In this document: piece by piece, positions 24,951 to 38,359 of the stretch
How the letters are laid out: every line of letters begins with the position of its first letter
How positions within the stretch are numbered: the first letter of the stretch is position 1
NCBI GenBank assembly: GCA_030141605.1
Contig: JAQGDQ010000039.1
Span: forward strand, 620,001-684,000
Direction of reading: 5' to 3'
DNA: 64,000 nucleotides
From: Tubiluchus corallicola
Lineage: Eukaryota; Animalia; Priapulida
Program-made: the position numbers and the translations under genes
Notes under the pieces: model-generated
The model's input: the letters and a program-made list of their open reading frames with translations, nothing else
Database searches by the model: none
Told to the model about the DNA's origin: nothing

Positions 24951-26796
24951 CACAAAAAAGTTGTCCCGCTGACGCGTTTCGACGTGACGTAATGCTAGGA
25001 ACACAATCCCATTACGTGAGCTTGACCTAGTTCAGCATGCCTCTAGAATTCCCAGGAGCAGTAAACGAAGAAAAAAATCATTAACACCATCACACCGTTA
25101 CCTATCCTGTTGCTGCTGCTGCATCTCGGCTGTTAATGTTTAATTAAGGCTACTTGGGTTACGCGTGTTATCAATCAGCTCTACACGCGCGCGGAATGAT
25201 AACAAAAACGGCAGTAAAAATGCGACCATTGCGCTCATAAGACGCATTCAGAACACGTACAAACTAAAGTTGAGAGAATATTGCTTAACTGATTTTGTAG
25301 CCATATACGTAGAACCTAATAAATCTGCATGCGATATAGAGTTCAATCTACGCAGGCGTACGAAGAGTTCCACTAGACATCTTTGACGTTTGATGACGAT
25401 GGCAACAGCGATGATGATGATGACGAAAATGAATTATTTCTCTGAAGTAAATGCAGATGATACAAATTCAAATAACTTATTACCCATGAGCTAACTGATA
25501 TTAGTGTTTTGTTCTTTCCATATTTTTATTCATTCTTATAGGAGTTACTGCAATCCGCTATTGTTTTTTATTTTGTTTTATTATTGTTCTATATTATAAC
25601 AGTCTATAAAATTGTAGTAAATTACGAAAAAGAGAGTGAACAGATTTAGCATATTAAATTAATGTTCTCTCTTGCTTTAACCTGTTTAATTTATGAGTGT
25701 TCCGGGTGGCTCCCTAACGCTCTATACAGTGGTTCAATGTGTTCATTTATTACAGGAACAATTCAGCATGATGCAGTACGCTCTTCCAGCTTACCTGCCA
25801 CCAATACTGGTCTCATGGGCTTCCCGCGTATAGGACCATCGAAAGCTTAAGAAATGAAGAATTAAAAGTAAGAGAGAGGGATGGAGATATATTAATTACA
25901 GCAACAAATTTATCATTGGCAAATCTCAGTAGTAACAAAAATTTCAAACACGTGAGGACTGCATAATTTAATTAATTTATAAATCCGTTGTCCATTATAA
26001 TGGTTGCCAGCTTCTTTCACATTAATGACGTTGATCAATGAGCAAACAAAGTCTGAAGTGAACTGTCAAACGGAAAGCTAAATTTGGCAGAGTTTATAAA
26101 CAAGCAACTACGCCGCTTTTTTCAATGAACAAATTATTACATATTACCTAACTCGTGCGATAATGAAACAATTTTCTCTGTTTGTAATTTGGAAGGCCGC
26201 GTACATTAAATCATGCGCATAAAGGAAAAGCCGCTAACAATTCCTTGATGAATGTAATAATGCACCTTGCCTGACTTTCATGGATTATCATGTAGACAAA
26301 GGATAGAACCTTTAACAGCTTGACTCGAATTAATTTATACGTTGATGAAAGCTCGTGGGAATTTGAAATAGCAACGCACACAAAATTACATCTCTCAAAC
26401 ATATGACAATATAAATATCATTAGCGAGTCAGAACAGCTTAAGGAATTAACTGAAGCTGAAAAATATTTAACAGATTTTGTAATTTAGGTCGCATAAATT
26501 AATTAGAACGGCTGTAATTATTTCACCGGAAAGCGATGTACAAAATTACACATTTTTGTGTAAACAATTTATCATGCGTTTCCATTCAAGACATTTGGTT
26601 AGCCTTCAGTTTACGGTTAACACATACCAGCGGAGTATAATCATTTTGTCTAGCATCTTGATTAGAGACAGCCACATGTATAGGGGAGGTCGAGGTGAGA
26701 TGGGCTATTATGGTGAGTTGGAATAGTCTGGCGTTATATAGCGCCTACTCCACCACAAATATATATTACAAGCCCTACATATTTTTTGCAAATAAA

Positions 26797-26858
26797 TGAT
26801 CATCATCGTCATCGCCATCATCGTCGTTGTCGTCGTCGTCGTCATCATCATCATCATC
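26797..26858. repeat. (CAT/CGT)n trinucleotide repeat
   Basis: Direct reading. Confidence 0.85.
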
Positions 26859-28512
26859 TCAAAGCTTAAAAATCAATCATTACATGCCGATAAGATGACT
26901 TCGTGCGCGACACGTTAATTTTTACAAACTCTTCCCTTCCCACAGCCACATGCATTGAAATATACATACATTTATATATCCTCGCTAAACCACTGGAATA
27001 CACTGGCTGCACAACTTTTAACTTTTGTCTTGCTAGAGTACACGTGGGGTAGCGAATATAATAATTATTATAACCTGCAATTGTGGGAATCACAATAATT
27101 TCCAGTGTTATACCGCCTATGTGAATGATGAAGATAAGTTGACGGGATCAAAGGTCACTACACTGTTAGACACTAAGCATGTTCTTTGGGGCGCGGTGGT
27201 ACACGATGACGTGTTTTGAATAAAATAGGATAATAGAAGCGAAGAGGGACAAACGACGTAGAAGGATGAATAGAGAGGAGACTGGAGCGAAAAGAGAAAA
27301 AAGCAGCTAGAACATAGCATAAACTGATTAAATATTAAATGTAAATAATTTCTAAACCTTTAAACGTATGTATAATGTTCTTGTGAAGTGGCATATATGT
27401 TTTAGCTTAATTAGGAAGTATTTCAATAAGAACATCGATTCCATACACAAAGCTTCCGATGCCTTGCCTTCATATTACACCTATATACACATTAACAACG
27501 AAACGTGCCCCCAACTGACTAATGTAACCAACTAAATCCAATACACGTACTTTTATTTTTGCTGGCTTCTTCGAGTAAATCGCTAATCCGCCCTGCGCGC
27601 GCATCCTTAACTTTCTGGGGCGTCATCCTCGTTCTTAGTGGGCGGCATCCGATCTGTTTACGATCGATATTTACCAGGCACCCATAATAATAATCACATC
27701 CGGAAAGATTCACGCTAGATGCTCTGTTAGTTTTGAGCACGCGCGGTTTCCTCAGTTGAGTAAAAGAGTATCAGAATTTTATATTATTTGCGTGTAAATT
27801 GGTAATAAATGGAAAGAGAATTAGGATGAAAAACTTTAATGTCGCTAGGGTTTGCACGTATTAAATGATGATTCCATGTTACCTGTGATGAGTCATACCT
27901 GTAGCTTTTAATCACTGTAGTATGATTAAGATTACGTGTATACTATGAAACATTGACTCCAAAAATGGTTGAAACCTTAAGGATCATAGGATCAATAGAC
28001 AAATAGCAATGCTGACTACCAGGAAAAGAAAAGAAACTTTTTTATGTAATATCGCCTCATATTCTATAATGAATTTTTTTCTTAGTTAATTTTTGGTCGA
28101 TCACTTTCTCTGCGTAGCAGCATTACGTAAGAATGATTTGGGTTAAGTTTTCGTAAGTGATGTTACAAACACATTGTTAACTATTAAAAAAGTTGGAACC
28201 AATGCATGGGTTGCCGCAGAAACAGTTTTCCTCGTGAATGATCGGACAAGATCATACTATCTTGTGGAACAGCATGTTGTCCCAAGACAGGTTCTATTGA
28301 CAACGATACTGCAGTTCTACAGAAAATAACAAAAGATAAATCCAATGTCGCTATGCCAACTTTGCCAAGAAAGGAGTTCCGTGGTTAGTAAAAAGACATT
28401 CATTTGGCAAATCTGCACAGCAAATACGATAGATAGCGGACTACAAGAGAAACATAATCTGTATTGATTCTAAAGTGGAAGCTCCTCTTTCCATTGATGC
28501 AAATATATAACA

Positions 28513-28741
28513 AATAACAAATACGAGCGTAACTGCAGAGTCATTAAACATATAAATTCCCTTTGAGCTGTTGAAATTAGACCAGGTAATAATGATGATG
28601 ACGCTGATTAACAAGAAATTACAGCTCACATAATTATTATCATGCACACATTTCTACTGCACACGTGCTTTAATTGTAGGTGAAAAGGAGATAAATCTGT
28701 AATATCAAGAATAAAATGGTTATAATTCTCTTCGTTTTAGA
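28513..28741 (+). repeat. 229-bp direct repeat, copy 1
   Basis: Near-identical to 29927-30155; I see two substitutions. Confidence 0.95.
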
Positions 28742-29926
28742 GAACATATACATCGCCTCTTCTCACTCACAATCCGTTTGGATAAAACAAGAAAAATATC
28801 AGAAGAGTTAAGGAAAGAAATAATTCTGTACTTTTTGGCGTAATGTTTATTTTGTTCGTTAAATCTTTAGTTAGTTACATTAGTTAATAAATTAAATGGG
28901 TGGCGGCCTGGGTTTTTGCTACAAGATTTCAATATATCTCAGCATTGGACAAAAAGAAAATAACTGTCCTCAGCGGAGAGGAGCGTGAATGGTAATATAA
29001 GTTAGTTGCTCCCTAAGTGCTCATAAGCCATGTTTTCCCCCAAACGGAAGCACATAAAATAAATATATCTTTCAGTAACTTTGAAGCTTAAAACGCTGAA
29101 ATAAGCTAAAATGAAATTGAGCAGCTGCATGTCTTTGAGGAACATATTGCATTGAATTTTCGGTGCTGGATAATGATATGGATAATCTGACGACGATCGA
29201 CTTTATCAGATCCAATAGGCTCTATATCCCCAACCCAACCCCTTCGATGGCGACTTCAATAAACAGCAAAACTGCGTACATGTCTCAATCTAAATTGGTG
29301 GTAAAAACATGAAAAGGGTTAATTTTAAATGTAATCTAGTACATGAGTGTAAAAAAATCATTAAACTCACCCGCATTGCTTGCTCCGACATATTACTGCA
29401 TTACGTAAAGCAAAATTCTTCGCAAGTTAAAAAAACGTTTACGATCCTGTTTACAAGCAACCAGGATCCACACACCCGGCTTACTGGCTGCTCCCAGTAC
29501 ACAATAAACAAGACTGCAACCCGGTTCACAAAGTTGCTTTCAATGGAACCGAAAAGAACGGAAGTACAACATATATTTTAGCGGAAAAAGATTACATATA
29601 GGTACTCTTCGTTGACAGGCCTCAATTAAACGTTTCTCCAAAAGTTCATTGCAACCTAACACGATGACGCGCTCACAAAAACCCGCATAGATATGCCCGA
29701 GCCCGTGACTGGATCCGCGACTGATTTACGAGGCTGATATTGTGCAACAGAACAGCAAAGCTGCGGGGCATTGCCTACTACATTTATTATTCTATGGCGA
29801 ATTTGCGATAGTAGTAAGCAGAAATTTGGCACTTTGCCAAAACAAGCTGACCCAGATTCAGAAAGTTAAACCACTGGTAATAAAGTTAAGCCGCGTAGTG
29901 AGCTGTACTACGGTCAAATGAATTTG

Positions 29927-30155
29927 AATAACAAATACGAGCGTAACTGCAGAGTCATTAAACATATAAATTCCCTTTGAGCTGTTGAAATTAGACCAGG
30001 TAATAATGATGATGACACTGATTAACAAGAAATTACAGCTCACATAATTATTATCATACACACATTTCTACTGCACACGTGCTTTAATTGTAGGTGAAAA
30101 GGAGATAAATCTGTAATATCAAGAATAAAATGGTTATAATTCTCTTCGTTTTAGA
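29927..30155 (+). repeat. 229-bp direct repeat, copy 2
   Basis: Near-identical to 28513-28741, offset 1414 bp; also visible as the duplicated minus-strand ORFs ending at 28647 and 30061. Confidence 0.95.
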
Positions 30156-30324
30156 AAGAAAAACCAATAGTACAAAATGCTACAGTGTAATGAAGCTTAA
30201 ACTATAATGTAAATGTAATATATAATATATAATGTGTATAATGTATAATGTATTAGATATAATCCGCCACAAATTTTATCCAGTGCAGAAATTAAATTAA
30301 TACGAACAAAGAAAAATACAATAT

Positions 30325-30484
30325 TACAAACCCACAATTAATTAAATTTTGTATCAATTCTGGAAGATAGGAAAAAACGTGAGCCTTGAAAGCAGAAGGT
30401 TACTGGTTCAAATTCAGGCTGTATTCCATACATCCTAGCTGTCTTTCAAGTTTGGTACCAGAATTTAATTAATTGCGGTTTGTA
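30325..30484. mobile_element. 160-bp MITE with ~45-bp TIRs enclosing a tRNA 3' half
   Basis: Left end TACAAACCCACAATTAATTAAATTTTGTATCAATTCTGGAAGATAG matches the reverse complement of the right end, TACAAACCGCAATTAATTAAATTCTGGTACCAAACTTGAAAGACAG. Internal CTGGTTCAAATTCAG is a T-arm/B box. Confidence 0.75.
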
Positions 30485-31147
30485 CCACAATTAGTTATAA
30501 TTTGGCATTAAGATATAAGAACTAATTTAATCATAAGAACTAATTAAAAACTATAAAATATTTAAAATAATTACGTCACATTTCTGCAATCGCATGTTTA
30601 CGGAATACTACGAAACCCGACCAGCAAATTATCATTTTTATTCAGTCATTTATCAGCAAATTATGATACAATCTTCGTTAACAAATAAAAGCAAAAGCCG
30701 GTAATTTCGTATGATTAGAGGAAATTGCTTTTCAGCTAATAATTACACTAAAATAGACGCTAGCCGTTCTCAATTCCAGCTACGGCGCGTAATTATAAGA
30801 ACTGAAAAGGAAATTTCAGAATTTAAGAAGCAGCTTGGGAAAGCGGACGGCTAGAAGAGTGCAAGGTGAGATGGATGGCTCGCGGAGCAGAACAAAAAAG
30901 AACAGAAATAATAAATTAAACTAGTGCAACATTTAGAGTTGAGAGAATTTGAACATGTGAAACGAACGAACGATATGATAAAGATGAACACTAGAGACTA
31001 GAGTACGAGTAAAAGGTGCGCTTAAAAGGAGAAAAATAAGCAAATTCAATAAGGAAGCAGTAAAATTTAATAAAGAAAAGAAAAATGAGACTGTCGAGAA
31101 AGAAATAAGAAAATGAGTACAGAAAGGAATAGAGGAACAGCGTAAGA

Positions 31148-31840
31148 CAATGATGATGATGATGATGATGATGATAAATCTTTATTTACACAATATATAC
31201 ATGTATATGCATGCAAGGCCTCTATTTGCAGGCTGATAATTTTGCATTGTATCATGATATAAGCGTATATATACAACACATTCATTTATAATTATGTCTT
31301 TAAAACTTGTACCACAAACTTGCTTTTAAAACATTTCAGCAATTATTTATAATAGTTAAGCTCCATAATAACAGAATTCATTCACTAGGATTATTTAGAT
31401 TACACTATTAGGAAAGTATTAAAAATGGCATGCACGTTTTACTTACAAATAGATAAGAACAAGGACTATTACTAAAATTTACGATAAAAACAGGATAAAT
31501 TTTGCCCGAGTTACACATATATGTATATAAATATATGTGCGCGAGCTAAAATTTACATTCTATTATGCATTTAACCCGTTTACGTCCCTTTACAAACTGA
31601 TAATATAAAACTGTAAAATTAATTAGAGCTTTACTTAATGTTTCTTTTTTTAAAAACACACTTGTTATATTTTCCCCTGCAGTGTTCTAATAGGTGTTTT
31701 CTGAGGTTAGCGACTACACTGTTGCATATGTATATCAGGCGTTCAGAGGTTTATATTTTGGTGCCGCATTCACATGTGCTATTATCCGTTAGTCTTGAAC
31801 TATATAAAAATTGCCTGAAGTTTCCTTTTCCAGTTAAGAG
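31148..31840 (-). mobile_element. Degenerate L2/Crack-like LINE 3' end with (ATC)n tail
   Basis: Minus strand ends AATAAAGATTT(ATC)n. Upstream broken frames resemble the ORF2 end (KRACHF*YFPNSV, compare ..WN.LP..I). Confidence 0.45.
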
Positions 31841-31865
31841 ACTTATGGATGCTGAGACAACAAGA

Positions 31866-31876
31866 GACGGAGAGAA

Positions 31877-31921
<45 letters not shown>

Positions 31922-32084
31922 GCGAGAGAGAGAGAGAGAGCAGGAAGGGGAAAGAGAGAGAGCGAGAGAGAGAGAGAGAAAGAAAGAGGAGGAGAGGAGG
32001 AATGGGGAGAGAGGGAGAGAGAGAAAGAGTGAGAGAAAAAGAGAAAAGGTAAGGGAAAGAGAGAGAGAAGAGAGAGAGGGTGTA

Positions 32085-32116
<32 letters not shown>
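31866..32116. repeat. (AGAC)n + (AG)n compound microsatellite
   Basis: Direct reading; explains the ORFs 31638-32284. Confidence 0.95.
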
Positions 32117-32118
<2 letters not shown>

Positions 32119-32887
32119 TTCGAAAACGAGAGAAAGAAAAACCGTAAGCAGACGACAAGTCAAAAAAGGTAAAATTGGCAGGTCCCATAAATACAGCTTC
32201 AATACGTGAAGTCCCAGTAAAAACTAATTCAGACATTAACGGAAATGACAGTTCAATTATAACAGCAAGAACGAATACCGGCAAATCAGAAATTACAAAA
32301 AAGTGATAATCTAGCTACATCGCACCAGTAACAATATTGATTCAGAACGCGGAGTTAATGCTATAAAAATATCATTAAGGGTGATATTGAGATAACAACG
32401 GATATGAATCAAACAATACGCTCAATCAAGATAATCAAATGCAAATATTACGCCACAGTGACTGGGTTTTAATTCAACTGTTTCGGCGACGAAATTACCC
32501 GTCATTGGTAACAAAATTCAGTGAAAAACTCCGGACGGACATTGCCAGTGTCATTACCATCACGCAAAATAACGATCTACTGATTGTAATGATGGGTTAA
32601 CAAAAGACATTACAATAAGATAGAAATTACAAAAAGCCATGGAATAATATGTATAGTCCCTGTACTTATTTCTTTGTTATACTCAGCAATGCAGCATAGT
32701 CACTCAAAGTCAATTACATAAAAGTTGCCTGCTGCCTATATAAAATTCAAACAGGTCTGTTTATCCTACGACGTTGAACCGACTACCCAATGTCCACCAT
32801 TAAATACACGTATGTATTATAGTAGTATATTAATATAGTATATCATATTAGCATAATAATATACTATATGAATATACTAATACAAAC

Positions 32888-32892
32888 GCACG

Positions 32893-32934
<42 letters not shown>
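32888..32934. repeat. (CA)n microsatellite
   Basis: Direct reading. Confidence 0.95.
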
Positions 32935-32937
<3 letters not shown>

Positions 32938-33339
32938 GGACGCAGATTTTTGGGACGACGTTAGTGCTCGTGAGAGTGCACAGTTATGTAATGTCATGAA
33001 TGTACACAGTGCAAATATTGTGTTTGTAAAAATGTGTATATATTGTTTGAGCATTTTAGTTTTTTCGTTTGCACTGGGCAAATATCTAAAACAGTGTTGT
33101 TATTTTAAAAACGGTGAGGCTTACTAAACTTTGCTGTAACGAGTGAACAATTTTAAAGACAAATAAAGATTTAATATATATAACTAAATATAACTATATT
33201 TAGACTAATATGCAGGAATTTAATGTGGCTACCTCTAGTAAGATAGTTACATATAGATTTTTCAATCCGGAATTGATTAGTCACCCTAATACATTCAAAT
33301 AGGACGGCGACCTAAATTCAAAAGAGTTTCGCCGACAAA

Positions 33340-33825
33340 GGCCAGAATGTGAGGTCAAAATTGGCTATTGAAAGTGGCAGGTGGCAGAAAAACACACCCA
33401 GGCACCGGAGGTTTTGCGACTGCCGTATTCAAGAACTAAGGCCTGTTCAAGATGAGGAACATGTTTTCTGCAATTACGCGAAGACTGACCCGGTCAAGCA
33501 GCTACTTCGGGTCTCAAATATTGATGTGGCATCCCCTAGTTCTATTTTCAAGCATAACAATAACCAAACTGTTGAGGACTATATTCATCTGTGCTTTAAA
33601 TGTTTTGCACAATAATCACTGTTACTTGTAGGACTGATAGTATAATGTAAAATATGTTAATTATGTATAGCTACACTCCGTTTAATGCCATCTTAGCACT
33701 TTTACGATCGTTAATGTATAAATGTTATGAAGTAAATTTTGGACTTACTTAATGTGTTATTTTCCGTGCGTCTACCTTGGTTAAGTGTTATAATAATTGT
33801 TGGCCAATAAATTACTTACTTGCTT
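33340..33825 (+). mobile_element. 5'-truncated LINE (RTE-X/L2-related) 3' end with Zn-knuckle
   Basis: SKLAIESGRWQKNTPRHRRFCDCRIQELRPVQDEEHVFCNY is the LAIE.GRW...R.C.C...Q.EEHV..C motif. UTR ends CAATAAATTACTTACTT. Confidence 0.85.
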
Positions 33826-35949
33826 ATGCAACTATATGATGCAGTTGAATTTATTCTGCATGTGAATATACCATATGGAGTGCACGTTCGCGTTTTCTTA
33901 CAAAGCAATTCCTCCAACAGGTAAACAGATAATAACTTCTGAATACGCTGAGGTGAACAGGACAGATAAGGGATTTTATGATCCATTTATAAAATCTCAC
34001 TTGATCAGTGTTATTAAACTATAGTTGAATAGACGAGGCAGGTGCCACTGATATCAGAATGTAATGCCTGACTGACAATTACACTCTCCCATCTCTGCAA
34101 TCATCATTCAGCAACTTAATATCCGCAGAAATGACAGCAACATGTCTATTATAATGCATAATTTTCCAAAGTCATGTACGCGGGTGTATGACAAGAATTT
34201 TAAAGTTAAAGCACATTCACATTTATACGGTTCACACTGTTAATGATTCGAGCTATTCTGCCCATTATTTCGACGTTAATGAGGTGTTCTGCGTTAACTA
34301 ATTCTATTTTAACTAAACGACGACAATGCTAACCGCAACGACAACGACAAGGATAACGACAACGACACAAGCAATAATAACACACGATTTGAAAACACTT
34401 ATTATTCACCTTTATGCGTTCTTTATTTGCACCTTTTTAATTTTGTATCATTGTCATGTAGAATTGAAATTTGGTGAACGTAATTTGTTAACAGTTTCTG
34501 AACTACCATATAACGTTAATTGGTATTACCTACTAATCTTCAGATAGCAGTGTTTGATCGTGATTCTTACACAACGGAGCTGAGCTGCACACGGGAGATA
34601 TAATGAATTACATGATAGAAACTATTGAAACAAATACTATCACTTTTTACGTAAAATAAAAAAATCAAATAAAACTGCGAAGACCCTTTTCATGCTAATA
34701 CGCCAATGCAATAGAAAAATTACCTGCCTACAAGTTCAACAGTTACTGTTACAGTTTCACATACCAATTAGTCATGTTACTGTAAATTGTTGACTGAATG
34801 AGCCTATACACATGTAAACATATGATAAAGCATAGGCCATAATACTAACTTTCATATACAAAACACTGTTTCAAAATCATAATTATCCAAAACCTCATAC
34901 AACAAAGGACAGGTTTGTGTGGTTAGAAACTTTTGATTTAGGGCTCTAGTCTCCGGGTGTCTAACGAAAAACCAGTTTAAAATTTCTCTTCCTGCGGTCA
35001 TAAATTTGAGTCGAAGTAAAAAGTAAATTAGTTCAAGTCAGCAACCACAACTGAGTAAAGACAAAAAACAAGACTGCACGGTAAGACAAAGATTTGACAA
35101 TTTAATACAAAAGGTTGAAGTGCAGTGGCTCTACGATGTTTTATGCAGGCCTACACGCCTATAGACAAGTCTACGGAACATAACCAGTTAGGAAACTTAG
35201 GAAATGCCTACCGGATTTCAGATAAGTGATAGTAATAATTAATGCAGGTCATGCAGAACAAGGCAATTAGTCCTGTATCCTCTGTTTACGCTTTTTACCT
35301 GTTGATAAACCACAGTGAAGTAGCCTAGTTGTTATCTAAGTTTTCACATTTAGGTTTCCCGAAATTTGCAAATTTGTTTTTTGTAAGCTAAAGAAAACCG
35401 ATCTAAAGTTAATATTGGCTGAACCCCACTAGTTTTTTGCAAAAGCAGCAAGAACGAAATTAGTTAATAAAATGAGGTCATTTATTAAAAAGACAATACA
35501 TTCACCATAGCAAGGCAAAAAAGGTGGGGCACACCCAAATACCGTCCCATCCAATACGTGAGTGACGTGACTATACTAATCACAGTATTGCTTGCGTCTG
35601 TGATGATAAACGTAATAAAGCATGGTTTGCGATACTACAATACATTACAAAAATTATACCAAACGCCTAGTAAAGCCCTTTTAACAACAGTGGTAAATTA
35701 TGTGTAAAAATTCCACACTACAGAAAAAGAACACTGCAATGTTAAAAGTACCCAAACCTAAAGTTCACACAAAAATTACATTCCTACTTTAGTAGTGGTT
35801 GGAGAGAGGGTGGGTTTTCACATCCAGCAACAGCAGGCAAATGGGTGATTTTCGACAAGACGACGGACGTCATTCGTTGATTGGTCGGCTAGAAACAATG
35901 CGCACGACACTGCCGCGCATGCTCACGAACATTCCTTACAAAAACTCAT

Positions 35950-36238
35950 TTATTGCTATTCTATCAATAAATTTACCTTTTTTCAATTGAATTTATATAT
36001 TTGTAGATTGATGTTATCAGTTATGGTGTCCGCCTGTACGAGGAAGCCTAGAAAGCACTTCTTCCTCCTTACAACAACTTTCTTGTTATTGTTATTGTAT
36101 TATTGTACCATTGCATTTATTGTTGTAAAATAAATGTTACATTCTATTCTATTCTATTCTATTCTATTCTATTCTATTCTATTCTATTCTATTCTATTCT
36201 ATTCTATTCTATTCTATTCTATTCTATTCTATTCTATT
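35950..36238 (+). mobile_element. LINE 3' UTR with expanded (ATTCT)n tail (36141-36238)
   Basis: T-rich UTR with GAGGAAG...CTTCCTC stem-loop, AATAAA, then about 19 ATTCT units. Confidence 0.65.
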
Positions 36239-36834
36239 GTGTAAGTTTGTTTACGTACGTACATTAATCAAAGTACAAGCCTATTATCATGGCAGTCACA
36301 GTAAGTTCTATTTTTTGAAGAAGTTAGTGAATTCTGCTTAACTACTTACTCTGAACGAGAACTCGGTTGTCTGCCAACAACACAAAAACTCCAAACCATA
36401 ACCGGATCAGTATCTCTCTTTCTATTTAATAAAATAACTAGGGTGGCGGAGGGGGCATCAATAAGAAAAGCAGTCTGCTGATATCAATTCCAAAGTAATT
36501 ACACGGCAAACTGTGCTGCGCTGGTGGGGCGGATACAAATCCTGCAATACTCACAACCATCGCAAAGAAAGGCAGGTAGTCAAAATATTCAATTAATTCA
36601 GAAACACGTTATTCTCCCCAAACTAAAATTCGACATTAAAGGCAGTTACGAGAAGTAGAGTTTATGTTATAACGCTGGTGCCATGTTTCATGTGCATCCC
36701 GAAATTACAGTGCACCTTGTCCGTCAGCTCCCTGCCTGCCAGCTCCCACGTTGAACTGATTCTCCAGTAACTGTAATCAATAGGGAAATCATATCTCACT
36801 TCTTGTAACAAATAAAAAAGATTTTCTCTGTATT

Positions 36835-36861
36835 TGTGTGTGTGTGTGTGTGTGTGTGTGT
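36835..36861. repeat. (TG)n microsatellite
   Basis: Direct reading. Confidence 0.95.
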
Positions 36862-37211
36862 CGAGTGAAAATCTGCTACGATTCGATTTCGCAAATCTTC
36901 CTTGTGAATTTATCGCAGAACGTTTCCATTGCCTGCAGCCAATTCACAAGCGGAAGATTTATCCAAAACAAAATTTGATGACACACCAAAAAAATTAAAT
37001 GCAATCGCAGTGCGTGCGTAGCAAAGTAATACTCGAATGAACTGTCGTAGAAAAGCAGTATTTAATGGCCACGAAATAGCAGCAGTTCGGCGACATAACT
37101 ATTATGGTTTCAAAGCACGTTTTAAATTATAATTTAAAGAGCCAATTAATAATGTGCTTGCAGTCTCAAGCAGATGTAGTTACGCCAGGACATTAAAAAT
37201 GGTGATCAAAA

Positions 37212-37490
37212 ACGAAAAACACGAAGTTCAGCGCTTTGCTTTAAAGCAACAATAAGACAACTAGCGATGTTAATGGCATCAAACTTGTAAGGCAGAAAAT
37301 CTAAAAAAAGTTGGAATATAAACTGGATTTGAACCAGAGACACTCTGCTTACATAGCAGACGTCTTAGACCACTAGGCCATTGTAAACTCCAGTGGTCCA
37401 GGCAGCCCAAAGTTCATCCCTTGTAGCTGACCAACCAAATTTAGAATTTCCGATCTTAGATCGCTCATACTAACTAAAGCAATCGTAATT
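37212..37490 (-). mobile_element. Helentron/HINE-like element with internal tRNA-like cassette
   Basis: Minus strand starts ATTACGATTGCTTT..AGTATGAGCGATCT (compare 15351) and ends GCTTTAAAGCAAAGCGCTGAACTTCGTG. Confidence 0.45.
37314..37387 (-). pseudogene. tRNA-like pseudogene / SINE head (apparent anticodon TGT) with Pol III terminator
   Basis: A box TGGCCTAGTGG; anticodon arm TCTGC-TATGTAA-GCAGA; T arm CTGG-TTCAAAT-CCAG; followed by CCAAC and a T7 run. The acceptor stem pairs at only about 4/7, so it is not called functional. Confidence 0.65.
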
Positions 37491-38359
37491 TTGTCAAAAT
37501 GATAACAGGCCACTCCACTAGCCCATTTTATTCTGTTTGAGAGATTGCCGATTTTTCGAGTCTTGCTTTATCAAAATTAAGAATTTAAGCTAATATATGA
37601 AAATAATTATTACATAGAAAACGAAACAGAAATCAGAAAACATGTTTTATCGTAATAATTTCGTTGCTTGTGCTGATGCTGTAAGTACTGAAGTTGTCGA
37701 TGCTGAAGTTGCGGGCACTAAAGAGGGTACCGAGTTTAGAAGCACCGAAAATCGCCATACATGCGCACGGGTGTGGCATTTCAGATTCAAACCGTGATAA
37801 AAACATCCACTGTTTCGCAAGTTTTGGACTTTGTTAAAGTTTTAATATTATTAATTGCACACGTCGTTCCAATCCAATTTTACTGAGCCCTAACTACAAA
37901 TTCACACTCATTCGCAATTAGACATTTAGCGACTAGTTTAATCCACAGCTAAAAATCAAGGAAATGAGTTGTTTTAAAATACAGGCCAGGCTCCAGCTCC
38001 AACCTTGCCAACGACTTCGATTACATAACGGCTCTGGTATAAGCTTCAGCACACCACTGCTAAAACATACGGTAAACGTGCCACCGTGTTGGTCCTGCAC
38101 TGACACGGTTTTGTCGTCAGAATGCAGAACACAATTACCACTTTATTTGCCAGGTCACTACTTTCTCTCAGCGAACATGCTACGCATAGCACTCATGCAG
38201 TCTTTATCTAGAATCGTCACACAAGAGTCTGGTGCAGATATATGCAAGTTACCCCCCCCCCCCTGGCACAAGCCTGCTGCAACAGATTGGGCATACATAC
38301 TAAAAATTTTGAGCATAATTCAATAAAAGTGCGAAAGCAACGCTAATTCACCAAGTCCG

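Noticed and set aside
28513-30155. LTR retrotransposon / TRIM
   Set aside because: No TG...CA termini, PBS, PPT, TSD or internal gag/pol similarity visible.
31638-32284. Longest ORFs in the window (169 and 177 aa)
   Set aside because: (AGAC)n/(AG)n microsatellite translations; the same applies to 52694-52964, 54080-54469 and 55620-55853.
3340-32722. Partial matches to conserved miRNAs (miR-34-like TGGCAGTGTGG at 3343; miR-153-like GCATAGTCAC at 32694)
   Set aside because: Matches stop after 10-11 nt and no precursor hairpin is evident.
37964-38326. 120-aa ORF
   Set aside because: No domain similarity; it overlaps a probable MITE end (GGCTCC repeats) and a poly-C run.
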